In this document: in pieces, positions 11,281 to 22,559 of the stretch
How the letters are laid out: every line of letters starts with the position of its first letter
How positions within the stretch are numbered: position 1 is the first letter of the stretch
DNA from: an uncultured Collinsella sp.
GTDB taxonomy: Bacteria; Actinomycetota; Coriobacteriia; Coriobacteriales; Coriobacteriaceae
Length of the DNA: 64,000 bases
Direction of reading: 5' to 3'
Assembly: GCA_902493855.1 (NCBI GenBank)
Contig: CABUQV010000005.1
Span: 5,962 to 69,961 of the forward strand
Program-made: the position numbers and the translations under genes
Notes under the pieces: model-generated
Database searches by the model: none
Seen by the model: the letters and a program-made list of their open reading frames with translations, nothing else
What the model was told of the DNA's origin: nothing

Positions 11281-11661
11281 CTATTCGTCGCTGCCCGGCT
11301 TGCGTCGGTTGGCTTTTTTAATCGCGTTGAAGTGCTTGTCATTAAGCCTGCGCTGGCGAGAGCGCTGAGGCACCTTGGTCTTTACGCGTCGACGCGGTGG
11401 ACGCCCGCGACGCTCAAGCTCAGCGCGCAGCTTACGCAGGCAGCTCGCGCGATTCTGAAACTGGCTGCGGCTCTCACGCGCCGTCACGACAATCCCCGTG
11501 GGCCCATGTTTCATGCGCACCGCAGAGTCCGTCGTGTTCACGCCCTGCCCGCCCGGACCCGTCGCGCGAAACACCTGTACCTCGCAATCGTGCGCCAGCT
11601 CCTCGACCGACATCTCGGCATAGCGCGCATACTCACGCCATCCCATCTTGTTCTCATCCAT
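11281..11661 (-). CDS. Peptide chain release factor-like protein (ArfB-type ribosome rescue)
   Basis: GPGGQGVN motif, RSQFQNR, basic C-terminal tail. Confidence 0.8.
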   Translation of the reverse strand: MDENKMGWREYARYAEMSVEELAHDCEVQVFRATGPGGQGVNTTDSAVRMKHGPTGIVVTARESRSQFQNRASCLRKLRAELERRGRPPRRRVKTKVPQRSRQRRLNDKHFNAIKKANRRKPGSDE

Positions 11662-11744
11662 ATCAGCACCTCCCCTCATACAAAAAATGTGACAAAGGGA
11701 CAGTCCCTTTGTCACATCGCATACCAATCGCTTGTGTTGCGCGC

Positions 11745-12323
11745 TTAGGCGAAGGTGATCTCGCCGTTCTCGCAGTCCATATCGGCGATACGGGCCAGGC
11801 TCTCAACGCGGAAGCCGCGCTGACGGAGCTTATCGCCGCCGCCCTGGAAGCCCTTCTCCACGGCAATACCGATGCCGGCAACCTCGGCGCCCGCAGCCTC
11901 GCAGATCTTGATGAGACCCTCAAGCGCACAGCCGTTAGCCAAGAAGTCGTCGATGATCAGAACCTTGTCGCCCTCGGACAGGAAGCGCTTACCTACAATG
12001 ACCGGGTACTCCTTCTGCTTGGTGAAGGAGTAGATGGTCGTGGCATACTGCTCGCCATCGAGGTTGATGGACTGCGCCTTCTTGGCAAAGACCACCGGCA
12101 CGCCGCCAAAATGCTGAGCTGCGATGCAGGCCATGCCAATGCCCGAAGCCTCAATCGTCAGGATCTTGTTGATCTCGACACCCTCGAACAGACGGGCCCA
12201 CTCGGCACCCATGTGGTCGAACAGCTCAACGTCGCACTGGTGGTTGAGAAAGGCATCAACCTTAAGGACGTTACCGGCCTTTACGATGCCGTCATGGCGA
12301 ATACGATCCTCAAGCTCCTGCAT
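11745..12323 (-). CDS. xpt: Xanthine phosphoribosyltransferase
   Basis: [27 protein letters not shown]. Confidence 0.9.
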   Translation of the reverse strand: MQELEDRIRHDGIVKAGNVLKVDAFLNHQCDVELFDHMGAEWARLFEGVEINKILTIEASGIGMACIAAQHFGGVPVVFAKKAQSINLDGEQYATTIYSFTKQKEYPVIVGKRFLSEGDKVLIIDDFLANGCALEGLIKICEAAGAEVAGIGIAVEKGFQGGGDKLRQRGFRVESLARIADMDCENGEITFA

Positions 12324-12480
12324 GGCGCAACCCCTTCTCACGGCAACGATACCGCGCGATTAATAAACGTTGTTCGATAGTCTACCACGGACCGACCCCC
12401 GCCCGCCCCACAAGCCGCATCGCACCACAAACCAGTCTTTTTGGGACGGCGCGAATCGTGGCAGTCAGCCTCCCAACACG

Positions 12481-13788
12481 CTAATGGCGGGCGCGCATCT
12501 TCACCAAACGCACTATGGCAAGCGCAAAGCCCACAGCGGCCACAGCCATGAGTACGTAGAACACCGAGCGAAAGCCGAATAGGAATACATCCGGACGGCC
12601 TGCAACAAAACTGGTCACGGCCTCGCCCATCGCCACGCTCATCTGCCCATACAGGACATGCGACGCCGCCGTAATGCCGAGTGCCATGCCGGCGTAGCGC
12701 GCCAGGCTGCCCAGGCTGCCCGCAAAGCCGAGCGCTTCGCGCGGAGCTGACCCCATATACAGCGAGTTGTTGGGGCTCTGGAAAATCGACGTGCCACACG
12801 ACATAAACGCAACGCAGCACACGATCACAGGGATAGAAGAGTGCTCGTCGAGCGTGCTTACCGCAAAGAGACCGCACACGTACACGCCCAGGCCGACCGC
12901 CGTGGGGCCCTCGCAGCCAACACGGTCCGAAACCGTACCCGAAAGCGGTCCGATAAAGGCATTCACCATCGGCAGCGCCAAAAAGAGCAATCCGGAAATG
13001 TCGGAACCAAAGCCATGGGCGTCCTGAAAATAGAACGGCAGGATAAACTCAGATGCGCCAATACCAACAAACACGATGAGCATGCAGGCAAGGTTGATGG
13101 TGAAGGCCGAATTTGCAAAGCAGCGACGAGCAGCCTCGATCAGGGACATGGGGCGTTCGCCGGCCTCTGGCTTAACGTGCGGCAGCGTGTAGAGCCCCAC
13201 GATAAACGAGATTACGCCGATGGGCAGGTTGATGAGGAAGATGCTCTCCCAGGGAAAGCTTGCCACCAGCATGCCGCCGAGCACGGGGCCGCACATCATG
13301 CCGAGGGCCACGAAGGTCGCGAGAATACCCATGGCACGGCCTCGTTCGCGCGCCGGAAACGACTCGGTGATGATACCCATGTTGTTAGCCATGGCCGCCG
13401 CGCAACCGACGCCCTGAACAATGCGCGCCAGGATAAGAACCTCGAGCGAGGCCGAAAGGCCGCACAGCAGCGAACCGACCGAAAAGACGATGACGCCCAA
13501 CTGAAACACATTCACCTTGCCGCGCACGTCGCCCAGACGGCCAAACGGCAACATAGCCACGCAAGTCGCAAGCAGATACACCGAGCTTACCAGCTGAATG
13601 CGATCGAGGCCCACGCCCAGCTCCTTTTGCATCACGGGCAGCGCCACGGTCACGACGGTCGAATCCAGACACACCATAAACGTCATGATGAGCACGGTAA
13701 ACAGAATCGCCCACTTGTTCTTGCCATGGGTGTCGCCCTCTAGGGCAATGTGCTCGCGGCGCAGCTGCTCTGCGGTTTTCTCCATATC
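12481..13788 (-). CDS. MFS transporter (drug:H+ antiporter-like)
   Basis: LDSTVVTVALP, GRLGDVRGK, ERGRAMG motifs. Confidence 0.8.
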   Translation of the reverse strand, partial: DMEKTAEQLRREHIALEGDTHGKNKWAILFTVLIMTFMVCLDSTVVTVALPVMQKELGVGLDRIQLVSSVYLLATCVAMLPFGRLGDVRGKVNVFQLGVIVFSVGSLLCGLSASLEVLILARIVQGVGCAAAMANNMGIITESFPARERGRAMGILATFVALGMMCGPVLGGMLVASFPWESIFLINLPIGVISFIVGLYTLPHVKPEAGERPMSLIEAARRCFANSAFTINLACMLIVFVGIGASEFILPFYFQDAHGFGSDISGLLFLALPMVNAFIGPLSGTVSDRVGCEGPTAVGLGVYVCGLFAVSTLDEHSSIPVIVCCVAFMSCGTSIFQSPNNSLYMGSAPREALGFAGSLGSLARYAGMALGITAASHVLYGQMSVAMGEAVTSFVAGRPDVFLFGFRSVFYVLMAVAAVGFALAIVRLVKMRARH

Positions 13789-13926
13789 CATCCTTTCGAG
13801 TGGCCCAACGCAAAAACGGGGCCCCAATCGCCTGTAAACAGTCGCGATTGGGGTCCCGCCTACGGAATCGGAACTAAAGGTCGCCGAAGCTTTCTGCCAG
13901 CATCGGCGCCTTATGCGAACGCTAGC

Positions 13927-15210
13927 CTAGCACTGCTCGAGCGCCTGCTCAAGGTCGGCAATCAGATCGGCCGTGTCCTCGAGGCCGCACGACAGGCGCA
14001 CCATGTCGGCGGAGATACCGCAGGCGATGAGTTCCTCGTCGTTCATCTGGCGATGCGTAGCGTTAGCAGGATGCAGGCAGCAAGTGCGGGCGTCGGCAAC
14101 GTGCGTGGCGATCTGGGCGAGCTTGAGGCTCTTCATAAAGGTCTCGGCCGCCGCGCGACCACCGTTAAAGCCAAAGCTCACAACGCCGCAGGTACCGTTG
14201 GGCATGTACTTCTGAGCGATGTCATAGTACTTATCGCCCTCCAGGCCCGGATAGCTCACGAAGCGCACCTTGGGATGGCTCTGCAGGAACTTGGCAACGG
14301 CCAGGCCGTTCTCGCAATGACGCGGCATGCGCACATGCAGGCTCTCGAGCGAGCTGTTCAGGAAGAAGGCCGCCTGCGGATTCTGCATAGGACCAAGATC
14401 GCGCATGAGCTGAGCGGTTGCCTTGGTAATGAAGGCACCCTCGCGACCAAACTTCTCGGCATAGGTCACGCCGTGGTAGCTCTCATCGGGCGTGGTAAGA
14501 CCCGGGAACTTGTCCGCATGAGCCATCCAGTCAAACTGGCCGTGGTCAACGATCACGCCGCCCAGGTAGGCAGCATGTCCATCCATGTACTTGGTGGTGG
14601 AGTGCGTAACGATGTCGGCACCCCACTCAAAGGGACGGCACATCACGGGCGTCGGGAAGGTGTTGTCGACCATCAGCGGCACGCCGTGGTCATGTGCGGC
14701 CTTGGCAAAGCGCTCAATATCGAGCACGGCAAGGGCGGGGTTGGCAATCGTCTCGCCAAAGACGAGCTTGGTATTGGGCTCAAAGGCTGCCTCGAGCTCC
14801 TCATCGGTGCAGTCGGGGGCGACGAACGTGCAGGTCAGACCCATGCGCTCCATGGTGTGGGCGAGCAGGTTATACGTACCGCCGTAAATGGCAGAGCTAG
14901 CGACCACATGATCGCCGGCACCGGCCACGTTAAAGATCGCGAGGAAGTTCGCAGCCATGCCCGAGCTCGTGAGCATCGCAGCGGTACCGCCCTCCATCTC
15001 GCAGATCTTGGCGGCAACCAGATCGCACGTGGGGTTCTGCAGGCGGCTGTAGAAGTAGCCCGACTCCTCCAGGTCAAACAGCTTGCCCATATGCTCCGAC
15101 GTGTCGTACTTCCACGTGGTGGACTGGTAGATGGGCACCTGGCGCGGCTCGGCATCTCCCGGGTGATAGCCGCCCTGAACGCATGTGGTACCGATGGTCT
15201 GCTCGCTCAT
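13927..15210 (-). CDS. metY: O-acetylhomoserine aminocarboxypropyltransferase
   Basis: PIYQST, YSRLQNPT, HSTTKY PLP lysine motif. Confidence 0.8.
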   Translation of the reverse strand: MSEQTIGTTCVQGGYHPGDAEPRQVPIYQSTTWKYDTSEHMGKLFDLEESGYFYSRLQNPTCDLVAAKICEMEGGTAAMLTSSGMAANFLAIFNVAGAGDHVVASSAIYGGTYNLLAHTMERMGLTCTFVAPDCTDEELEAAFEPNTKLVFGETIANPALAVLDIERFAKAAHDHGVPLMVDNTFPTPVMCRPFEWGADIVTHSTTKYMDGHAAYLGGVIVDHGQFDWMAHADKFPGLTTPDESYHGVTYAEKFGREGAFITKATAQLMRDLGPMQNPQAAFFLNSSLESLHVRMPRHCENGLAVAKFLQSHPKVRFVSYPGLEGDKYYDIAQKYMPNGTCGVVSFGFNGGRAAAETFMKSLKLAQIATHVADARTCCLHPANATHRQMNDEELIACGISADMVRLSCGLEDTADLIADLEQALEQC

Positions 15211-15439
15211 ATCTAGCTCCCTTGCCTGGGTTACGTTTTATTCGGTTCACGATACCGCTACCCCGCACCCCTCTCAACCCATACCCAAGGTAGGTTATGG
15301 GACAAATTGATCAGGGTATTTATCTCAAGCTTTGGGCATTTGCTCGATAGATAAAAACGAGGCATGCATGAAGCTCTCGATGATTACATGCCCCGTCACG
15401 GGTACCATAGGCGGGTACACCGTGACCAAGGAGACAACG

Positions 15440-15886
15440 ATGAAGCAAATCGATACGGCCCAGCTCGACATCACCGCCTGTCAGGCTCAAGCTGCCGAAT
15501 ATCACGCCCGTGGCTTTAACTGCGCCCAGGCCGTCGCCTGCACGCTCGCGCCCGCTGTCGGGCTCGACCCCCAGGTCGCCTTTACCCTCACCGAGGGCTT
15601 TGGCGCCGGCATGGGCGGCATGACCGAAACCTGCGGCGCCATCTCGGGCGCCGTGGCCATCATGGGCTTTGTAATGAGCGACGGCATGGAAAACCCCAAG
15701 ACCAAGGGCCAGACCTACAAGCTGTCGCGCGAAATCGCCAAGCGCTTTGGCGAGAAGAACACGACGACCGTCTGCGGCACGCTCAAGGGTATCGGATCGG
15801 ACAAGGGTCCGCTTCGCAGCTGCCCCGGCTGCATCGACGATGCCATCGAGATCGCCTGCGATGTGCTAAAGCAGCTCGCCGAGTAA
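15440..15886 (+). CDS. C-GCAxxG-C-C family putative redox protein
   Basis: GFNCAQAV, ETCGAISG and further conserved Cys. Confidence 0.8.
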   Translation: MKQIDTAQLDITACQAQAAEYHARGFNCAQAVACTLAPAVGLDPQVAFTLTEGFGAGMGGMTETCGAISGAVAIMGFVMSDGMENPKTKGQTYKLSREIAKRFGEKNTTTVCGTLKGIGSDKGPLRSCPGCIDDAIEIACDVLKQLAE

Positions 15887-15954
15887 TCGACAGCAACAGT
15901 AAAACGACGGCCGGCGCGCTTTGGATCCATCCAAAAGCACGCCGGCCGTCGCCG

Positions 15955-16593
15955 TTAGAACTCGGCAAATTCGGGAGCTCCGACCTCAATCTCCTCACGC
16001 CCCGCCATAAGCTCGCGCATCTTAGCGCAAAACGGCTCCTGCTCCCCCGCCTTAAACACCAAATGAAGTGTCACGGCATCCGCGTAATCGGTATCCGAAA
16101 CCTTGGCACCCGAATCCTGCGCCAAACGAAGCACCTGCTCGTACTGCGGATAGGCCACATGCACGTCAACCGGCACGACGCTTGTCATCTCAACGATCTG
16201 CCCGGCCTCCTGAGCCGCGGCCACCGCCGCCTGCGTCGCCGCGGTATAGGCGCGTACCAAGCCACCAGGCCCCAACAGCGTGCCACCAAAATAGCGCGTC
16301 ACTACGCAGCAAACATTTTTGAGCCCCGCGCCGCGCAACACCTCGAGCGTCGGCATACCGCTCGTGCGGCTCGGCTCACCATCATCGCTCTGGCGCTCGC
16401 GTCCATCGACCAAAATCCACGCGGGAACATTGTGTCGAGCGTCGTAATGACGTTTGCGAACCATCTCGATAAAGGCATTCGCCTCATCCTCGGACTCAAT
16501 ATGGACCAGCTGGGCAATAAACCGGCTCTTGCGGTCCACAAACTCGCCCGAAGCCTCAATATTCGATTGCAGAGTAAAATAGCTGTCCAACAA
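15955..16593 (-). CDS. YigZ/IMPACT family protein
   Basis: RKSRF, SDDGEP, VTRYFGGTLLG.GGLVRAY. Confidence 0.85.
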   Translation of the reverse strand: MLDSYFTLQSNIEASGEFVDRKSRFIAQLVHIESEDEANAFIEMVRKRHYDARHNVPAWILVDGRERQSDDGEPSRTSGMPTLEVLRGAGLKNVCCVVTRYFGGTLLGPGGLVRAYTAATQAAVAAAQEAGQIVEMTSVVPVDVHVAYPQYEQVLRLAQDSGAKVSDTDYADAVTLHLVFKAGEQEPFCAKMRELMAGREEIEVGAPEFAEF

Positions 16594-16705
16594 AGCCCCT
16601 CAACAACAAGCAAAGCAACAAACAGCCTCAATAATACGGCAAAGGCAGTACCATTGCCCTCGCCAACAAGAACGGAAACGCCAATGATGCCGTCGCCAAC
16701 AGCGA

Positions 16706-16910
16706 GACGGCGTCAGCTGAGTCGATTTGGCCCGAAAGAGGAGGGAGCACGCCTTATGGCGGCGACCGACGAATGAGCGCCAAATCGGCCAGCTGACGCC
16801 GTCGAAAGCGAGAACCCGTCAGCGCGAGCAAGGTGCCTTGAAAGACGAGGGCATTGACCTTATGGTCATGCCCGAAGGCTTGAAAGGCAGATTGCCGCGC
16901 TGACGGGTTC
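16706..16910. repeat. Two tandem structured hairpin repeats downstream of rnpB
   Basis: Arms gacggcgtcagctg/cagctgacgccgtc and gaacccgtcagcgcg/cgcgctgacgggttc, both with a ccTTATgg apical loop. Confidence 0.6.
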
Positions 16911-16925
16911 GCAGCGTCAACAAAG

Positions 16926-17289
16926 TGCTGAGTGGGCCTGTAAGCCGGGTTCTGTCGTGAACGGTCATTTATCTTGTCTGCACGTTACCGTGCAGCTCCA
17001 CGCACGCTACCCGAACGCGGACCGGGCCGGCCCATAGCGTTCCTATTCGCGCTTGCTCCGGATGGGGCTTGCCAAGCCGCCGTGTTGCCACGACGCTGGT
17101 GGTCTCTTACACCACCGTTTCAGCTTTTCCCTTTACGCCTTGCGGCGCAGGTGGGAGTCTTCTTTTCTGCGGCGCTTTCCGTCGGATCACTCCGCCCGGC
17201 CGTTAGCCGGCATCCCGCCCTCTGGAGCCCGGACTTTCCTCACGCGTGCTGCAAGCAGCACATCGCGCGACCGTCTGGCCCACTCAGCA
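16926..17289 (-). ncRNA. rnpB: RNase P RNA
   Basis: Minus strand has GAGGAAAGTCCGGGC near the 5' end and ACAGAACCCGGCTTA near the 3' end; terminal stem tgctgagtgggcc. Confidence 0.95.
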
Positions 17290-17612
17290 GTGCAAGAGTG
17301 TAGCACACCGTTGCCGCAGGCAATGGCACAACACAAGCGTTCGACACGATAAACCAAGAACCACGCCATGCAGTACAATAGGGTTGTCGATGGGCAACGT
17401 CGTCAGTCGAGACGCGACCGCGCTCCGCACCCCTCCGTCTACTCGGTGTGTTCCCGCCTCCTCCCCGAGGCGGGATGTCGGCATTTTTCATGCACCGACA
17501 ACCAAATAGCCTGTGGACAGCATGGGCAGCATCGTGCATCTCGACACCAAATGCAAAAAGGGACCCGTCCATTACGGACGGATCCCTTAAAACAAGTGAT
17601 CGTCAAACCGAT

Positions 17613-18779
17613 TTACTCGGCGTCGGTCTCCTCGTCCTTCTTCTCGGAAGGAAGCGGGGTAACCTCGATCTCGACGCCCAGAGTCTCAGCAGCGGACTTC
17701 ATGGACAGGGAGATACGACGACGGTCGAGGTCGATCTCCATGACCTTGACCTGAACCTTGTCGCCCACGTGGGTGACCTGAGAAGGCTGATCGACGTGCT
17801 TGTTGGCCATCTCGGAGATGTGCACCAGGCCCTCGATGCCCTCGCCCAGGTCGACGAAAGCGCCGAACGGGACAAGCTTGGTCACAGTGCCCTCGACAAT
17901 AGCGCCGACGGGGTACTTCTTGACCAGTGCGCGCCACGGATCCTCGGTGGTCTGCTTGAGACCCAGGGAGATGCGCTCGCGGTTGAGATCGACGTCGAGA
18001 ACCTCGACCTCGACCTCCTGGCCGACCTTGACAACCTCGGAAGGATGGTTAACGTGGTTCCAAGAGAGCTCGGAGATGTGGATGAGGCCGTCGATACCGC
18101 CGAGGTCGACGAAGGCGCCGAAGTCGACGATGGAGGAAACGGTGCCCTGGAGACGCATGCCAGACTTGAGCTTGGACAGGATCTCGGAGCGCTCGGCCTT
18201 ACGGGACTCCTCGAGCACGACGCGACGGGAGAGGACAACGTTGTTGCGGTTGCGGTCCATCTCGATGACGCGGGCCTCGATGCGGGTGCCCATGTAAGAG
18301 GTGAGGTCCTTGACGCGACGGAGGTCGACGAGGGAAGCAGGCAGGAAGCCACGCAGGCCGATGTCGAGGATCAGGCCGCCCTTGACAACCTCGATAACCT
18401 CGCCCTCGACGTTCTCGCCGGAGTTGAACTTCTCCTCGATGCGGTTCCAAGCACGCTCGTACTCGGCACGCTTCTTGGACAGGACCAGACGACCGTCCTT
18501 GTCCTCCTTCTGGAGAACCAGAGCCTCGATGGGATCACCGAGTGCAACGATGTCTGCAGGGTTAGCGTCCTTGCGGATGGACAGCTCGCGGACCGGGATA
18601 ACGCCCTCGGACTTGAATCCGATGTCAACGAGCACCTCGTCATGCTCGATCTTAACGACAGTGCCGTTAACGAGATCGCCCTCATCAAAGTCGGTAATCG
18701 TACCGTCGATGAGGTTGTTCATCTCCTCCTCGTTGACATCGTCAAGAGAGAAAATGGACGAGTTCTGAATCTCACTCAA
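17613..18779 (-). CDS. rpsA: 30S ribosomal protein S1
   Basis: Four S1 repeats (FGAFVDLGG.DGLIHISE). Confidence 0.95.
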   Translation of the reverse strand: MSEIQNSSIFSLDDVNEEEMNNLIDGTITDFDEGDLVNGTVVKIEHDEVLVDIGFKSEGVIPVRELSIRKDANPADIVALGDPIEALVLQKEDKDGRLVLSKKRAEYERAWNRIEEKFNSGENVEGEVIEVVKGGLILDIGLRGFLPASLVDLRRVKDLTSYMGTRIEARVIEMDRNRNNVVLSRRVVLEESRKAERSEILSKLKSGMRLQGTVSSIVDFGAFVDLGGIDGLIHISELSWNHVNHPSEVVKVGQEVEVEVLDVDLNRERISLGLKQTTEDPWRALVKKYPVGAIVEGTVTKLVPFGAFVDLGEGIEGLVHISEMANKHVDQPSQVTHVGDKVQVKVMEIDLDRRRISLSMKSAAETLGVEIEVTPLPSEKKDEETDAE

Positions 18780-19094
18780 AGGTGGACCCCTTTCGAACTA
18801 CGGGGCCCCGATTGCTAGGACCTACAGAAGGGTGCGACAAGCACACAACGTTTAGGAACACTCGGGAGCCGACAGATACTAATGTGACGCTTATGCAATC
18901 ACGTTCGTATAGGTTACGGGGAAATGAGTTCGATTTCAAGCGTGAACTGCGATTTTTTACTCGTGTGGAGACTTTTTCGTAATCTTATGAACACACGTCT
19001 CCGCAACTTGACGATAACCAGCCAGGCATTCGGCTTTGGGGTAAAGTATCCGGAGCCAACGATTCTAGATCGATTTTTCGAGAAAGGTGCCCGC

Positions 19095-19853
19095 GTGCTC
19101 AAAGCAGTCGTTTTCGATATGGACGAAACGCTTCTTAGCATCAACCTCAACGCGTTCATCCTTCGCTATTTTAAGGATGTCTCTTCGATGCTCGCGGCTA
19201 TCGGGCGCCGCAGCCGCGGTGGCACGATGGCGCGCCTCGGCACCATCCTGGTCGACCTCAACGCCAATCGCCGCAGCGGCACGGACAACCGCACCAATCT
19301 TGAGTTTTACCAAGAAGAGGTCGAGCGCCGATGCGGGATCTGCCTCTCCGATCCCCTCATCTACGAGGCGTTTACCTACTATGACCGCGAAATTCTTCCG
19401 TACAAGAACGACGATGTCATTAACGCTCACGCCATGCCGGGCGCACACGCCGCGCTCCAGGCCGTACAGGACGCAGGACTGCGTTGCGCGCTCTTTACCA
19501 ACCCCAGCTTTCCCCAGGGGGCCATCGAGTGCCGCATGGGCTGGGGCGACCTGGCCGACGCCCCCTTTGAGCTCGTCACGCACATGGGAAACACCACCCG
19601 CTGCAAGCCCGATGCCACCTACTATCTAGAGCAGCTTCAGGTGATGGGACTCGAGCCACACGAGGTCCTTATGGTGGGCAACGATCCCAAACGCGACTTC
19701 CCGTCCCCCGATTGCGGCATCCAAACCGCCTTTGTGGGCCAAGGCAAGCCCAGCCGAGCCACCTGGCGCGGAACCATGGAAGACTTCGCCCGCGACTTTA
19801 ACGCCGTAATCGAAGCCTTCTACGAGCACCAAATAGCCGACGAACTATCGTAG
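19095..19853 (+). CDS. HAD-family hydrolase
   Basis: FDMDETL, CKP, MVGND motifs. Confidence 0.8.
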   Translation: MLKAVVFDMDETLLSINLNAFILRYFKDVSSMLAAIGRRSRGGTMARLGTILVDLNANRRSGTDNRTNLEFYQEEVERRCGICLSDPLIYEAFTYYDREILPYKNDDVINAHAMPGAHAALQAVQDAGLRCALFTNPSFPQGAIECRMGWGDLADAPFELVTHMGNTTRCKPDATYYLEQLQVMGLEPHEVLMVGNDPKRDFPSPDCGIQTAFVGQGKPSRATWRGTMEDFARDFNAVIEAFYEHQIADELS

Positions 19854-19872
19854 GCGCCAGAACATCTAGCGC

Positions 19873-19939
19873 AGTTGCGGTGAGATAGTTCCTGTTTGCC
19901 CCTCACCCGGGTAATTTTAGGAACTATCTCACCGCAACT
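19873..19939. repeat. ~68-bp palindromic REP-like element, copy 2
   Basis: agttgcggtgagatagttcct...aggaactatctcaccgcaact. Confidence 0.8.
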
Positions 19940-19945
19940 TAATAT

Positions 19946-21265
19946 CTAGCAGACCTGGGTTTTACCGATCATGATGTTGAGGATCTCGACGTCAGTATCT
20001 TTCATACCCACACGGCCCACGTAGCCCATGCTGGCGATTGTCTGCTCAACGGTATCCTGGATCAGGCCCTCGCCGGCGCGGAAGCCGCGACCCTGCATGG
20101 CCATATCATGGCCCAGAATCGCCGCATCAACGGCAGCCGAGATCTTGGCGGCACAGCTCGCTTTGGCGCCGTCGCACACGATGCCGCCCACGTTACCGAG
20201 CGTATTCGAGACCGTCGCGCCAATCTGCTCGCGCGTGCCACCGCACAGCCAGGTAATCGCGGCGCCGGCGCCGCACGCGGCGCAAATAGCACCGCAAAAC
20301 GCCGAGAGCGCACCAATATAGCTCTTGATATGCACGGCGATAAGATCGGACAGCATCACGGCGCGCACCAGGCGCTCGTGGTCGCAACGCAGGTACTCGG
20401 CATACTCCATGACGGGCAATGCGCAGGTAATTCCCTGATTGCCCGAGCCGCACACAATGGCGACCGGCAGCGCGCAGCCGTTCATGCGAGCGTCGGATCC
20501 GGCGGCCGCACGGGCACGGGCACGGCAGGCGACGTCATCGGCACGAGCACCCAGCAGCGTACGACCCACCTCGGCGCCCCAAGTGTGCGCAAGGCCCTCG
20601 GCACTGATTGCGCCATTCAGCTCAATCTGACGCTCAACGGCAGCGCGGGCGTCCTCAATGTCACCGTACTCGATAAAGTCGATGATGGTCTCAATCGACA
20701 TGGGCGTGTCGGCGTTATCTGCCGCCCGCTCAGCCACAACGCGCTCGGCGCAGGCGGCGCACTCCCCCGCCGACTTGCCGCATACCGGAATACCATCGAG
20801 CGTATGGCACGTAACATTGGTGTGGTGGTCGGTAATCTCGACGATCGCGGTATGGCCCCCGGCCGTCGCAGTCACCTTGATGTAGAGGTTGGGCACACCC
20901 TCGACAAGCGACACATCGCAGTAGTCGGCGTCGGCGAGGAGCTCGGCCACGCGAGCGCGGTCTTCATCGTTAACACTCTCGAGCACCTCGAGCGCGCTCT
21001 TAGCGTCGCCGCCCACGGCACCCAGCACGGCCGCGGCCTCAATACCGTGCATACCGCCCGAGTTGGGCACGGTCACGCTCTTGACGTTCTTGATGATGTT
21101 GCCCGAGCAGGCAACGTCCATATGATCGGGTTCGCAACCGAGCGTCTGGCTCGCCAGCGCCGCTGCATAGGCAACGGCAATGGGCTCGGTGCAGCCGAGT
21201 GCACAGACAAGTTCGCGGTTTAAAACATCGCAAAACGCGGCATCACGGATGGAATCGGTGGGCAT
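19946..21265 (-). CDS. L-cysteine desulfidase / serine dehydratase alpha-like protein
   Basis: ALGCTEP, GSDARM.G, GSGNQG, CDGAK.SCA. Confidence 0.8.
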   Translation of the reverse strand: MPTDSIRDAAFCDVLNRELVCALGCTEPIAVAYAAALASQTLGCEPDHMDVACSGNIIKNVKSVTVPNSGGMHGIEAAAVLGAVGGDAKSALEVLESVNDEDRARVAELLADADYCDVSLVEGVPNLYIKVTATAGGHTAIVEITDHHTNVTCHTLDGIPVCGKSAGECAACAERVVAERAADNADTPMSIETIIDFIEYGDIEDARAAVERQIELNGAISAEGLAHTWGAEVGRTLLGARADDVACRARARAAAGSDARMNGCALPVAIVCGSGNQGITCALPVMEYAEYLRCDHERLVRAVMLSDLIAVHIKSYIGALSAFCGAICAACGAGAAITWLCGGTREQIGATVSNTLGNVGGIVCDGAKASCAAKISAAVDAAILGHDMAMQGRGFRAGEGLIQDTVEQTIASMGYVGRVGMKDTDVEILNIMIGKTQVC

Positions 21266-21535
21266 AGGTATCTCCTGCTTGCATAACGGGCTGGGCTCTC
21301 AAAAAAGTTAGCTCCTTTATTTGATAACAATGCATCAAAAACCGCAACCATGGTTCCGGCGGACGGCGCTCAAGCACAAACTGACAGCATTCATTCATGA
21401 GAAGCCGGTCTTGTTGCATGCTAAAGCGTTTGACCAAAAAACGCCCGAGCGTTTACACAAAAGTCGCGCTATCATGCAGTCGAACGCGGTAAAACCTTTA
21501 GCAATTCCGCCGCACGGACCAGAGAGGAACCACTC

Positions 21536-22003
21536 ATGAAGATTGGTATCGGCAACGACCATGCCGCCGTCGAGCTCAAGAACATCATCTCCGAGCACCT
21601 GAAGGAGCGCGGCTGTGAGGTCGTGAACTTTGGCACCGACACCTCCGAGAGCATTGATTACCCCATCGCCGGCTACAAGGTGGGCAAGGCCGTAGCCAAC
21701 GGCGACGTCGATCTGGGCATCCTGATCTGCGGTACCGGCGTCGGCATCAGCCTGGCCGCCAACAAGGTCGAGGGCGTACGCGCCGTCGTCTGCTCCGAGC
21801 CCTTCAGCGCCAAGCTCTCCCGCATGCACAACAACACCAACGTGCTTGCCTTTGGCGCCCGCGTCGTGGGCTCCGAGCTCGCCAAGATGATCGTCGACGA
21901 GTGGCTCGACGCCGAGTTTGAGGGTGGTCGCCACGAGCGTCGCGTTAACCTCCTCAACGAGATCGACCACACGCGCGGCCTTAAGATCGTCGACGAAGCC
22001 TAA
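21536..22003 (+). CDS. rpiB: Ribose-5-phosphate isomerase B
   Basis: DHA, CGTGVG, HNNTN, FEGGRH.RRV. Confidence 0.9.
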   Translation: MKIGIGNDHAAVELKNIISEHLKERGCEVVNFGTDTSESIDYPIAGYKVGKAVANGDVDLGILICGTGVGISLAANKVEGVRAVVCSEPFSAKLSRMHNNTNVLAFGARVVGSELAKMIVDEWLDAEFEGGRHERRVNLLNEIDHTRGLKIVDEA

Positions 22004-22154
22004 ACTATTCAGTGCCACAAGCTAACAGCAGGGGCCCGCTCGGAACACATGTCCGAGCGGGCCCCTGCATAGATTTTGGAATAAAAGGGCGCCGCAGATG
22101 GAGTTCCGCGGCGCCCAAACCACACGCTAACAGCTTTAAGGAGTCAAAGCTGGT

Positions 22155-22559
22155 TTAGCCAAAGAAGCGCTTGATCTCAATCTCGGCGTTCTCCAAACAG
22201 TCGGAGCCGTGGATCACGTTGGCGTTGACATCGACGGCAAAGTCGCCGCGGATGGTACCAGGAGCAGCGTCAAGCGGGGTGGTAGCGCCCATGAGGGTGC
22301 GCATCTTAGCAACAGCGGAGAGACCGGAAACGACCATCTTGACGACCGGACCGCTCGTCATAAAGTCGCAGAGACCGCCAAAGAAGGGCTTGTCGGCCAG
22401 ATGGGCGTAGTGCTCCTCGACGGTAGCGCGCTCGAGCGTGGTCATCTCCATGCGCTCGATGACAAGGCCGCTGCGCTCAATGCGAGCAACGATCTCGCCG
22501 ATCTTGCGGTCGCGCACGGCGTCGGGCTTAATCATGATGAAGGTCTTCTCGATAGCCAT
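22155..22559 (-). CDS. ndk: Nucleoside diphosphate kinase
   Basis: IKPDAV, PGTIRGDF, N.IHGSD. Confidence 0.95.
   Translation of the reverse strand: MAIEKTFIMIKPDAVRDRKIGEIVARIERSGLVIERMEMTTLERATVEEHYAHLADKPFFGGLCDFMTSGPVVKMVVSGLSAVAKMRTLMGATTPLDAAPGTIRGDFAVDVNANVIHGSDCLENAEIEIKRFFG

Noticed and set aside
11687..11717. Perfect inverted repeat atgtgacaaaggga..tccctttgtcacat
   Set aside because: Single copy just after xpt; most simply a terminator
22085..22135. GATGGAGTTC resembling a fluoride riboswitch
   Set aside because: It is the loop of a terminator-like hairpin downstream of ndk, with no suitable downstream gene
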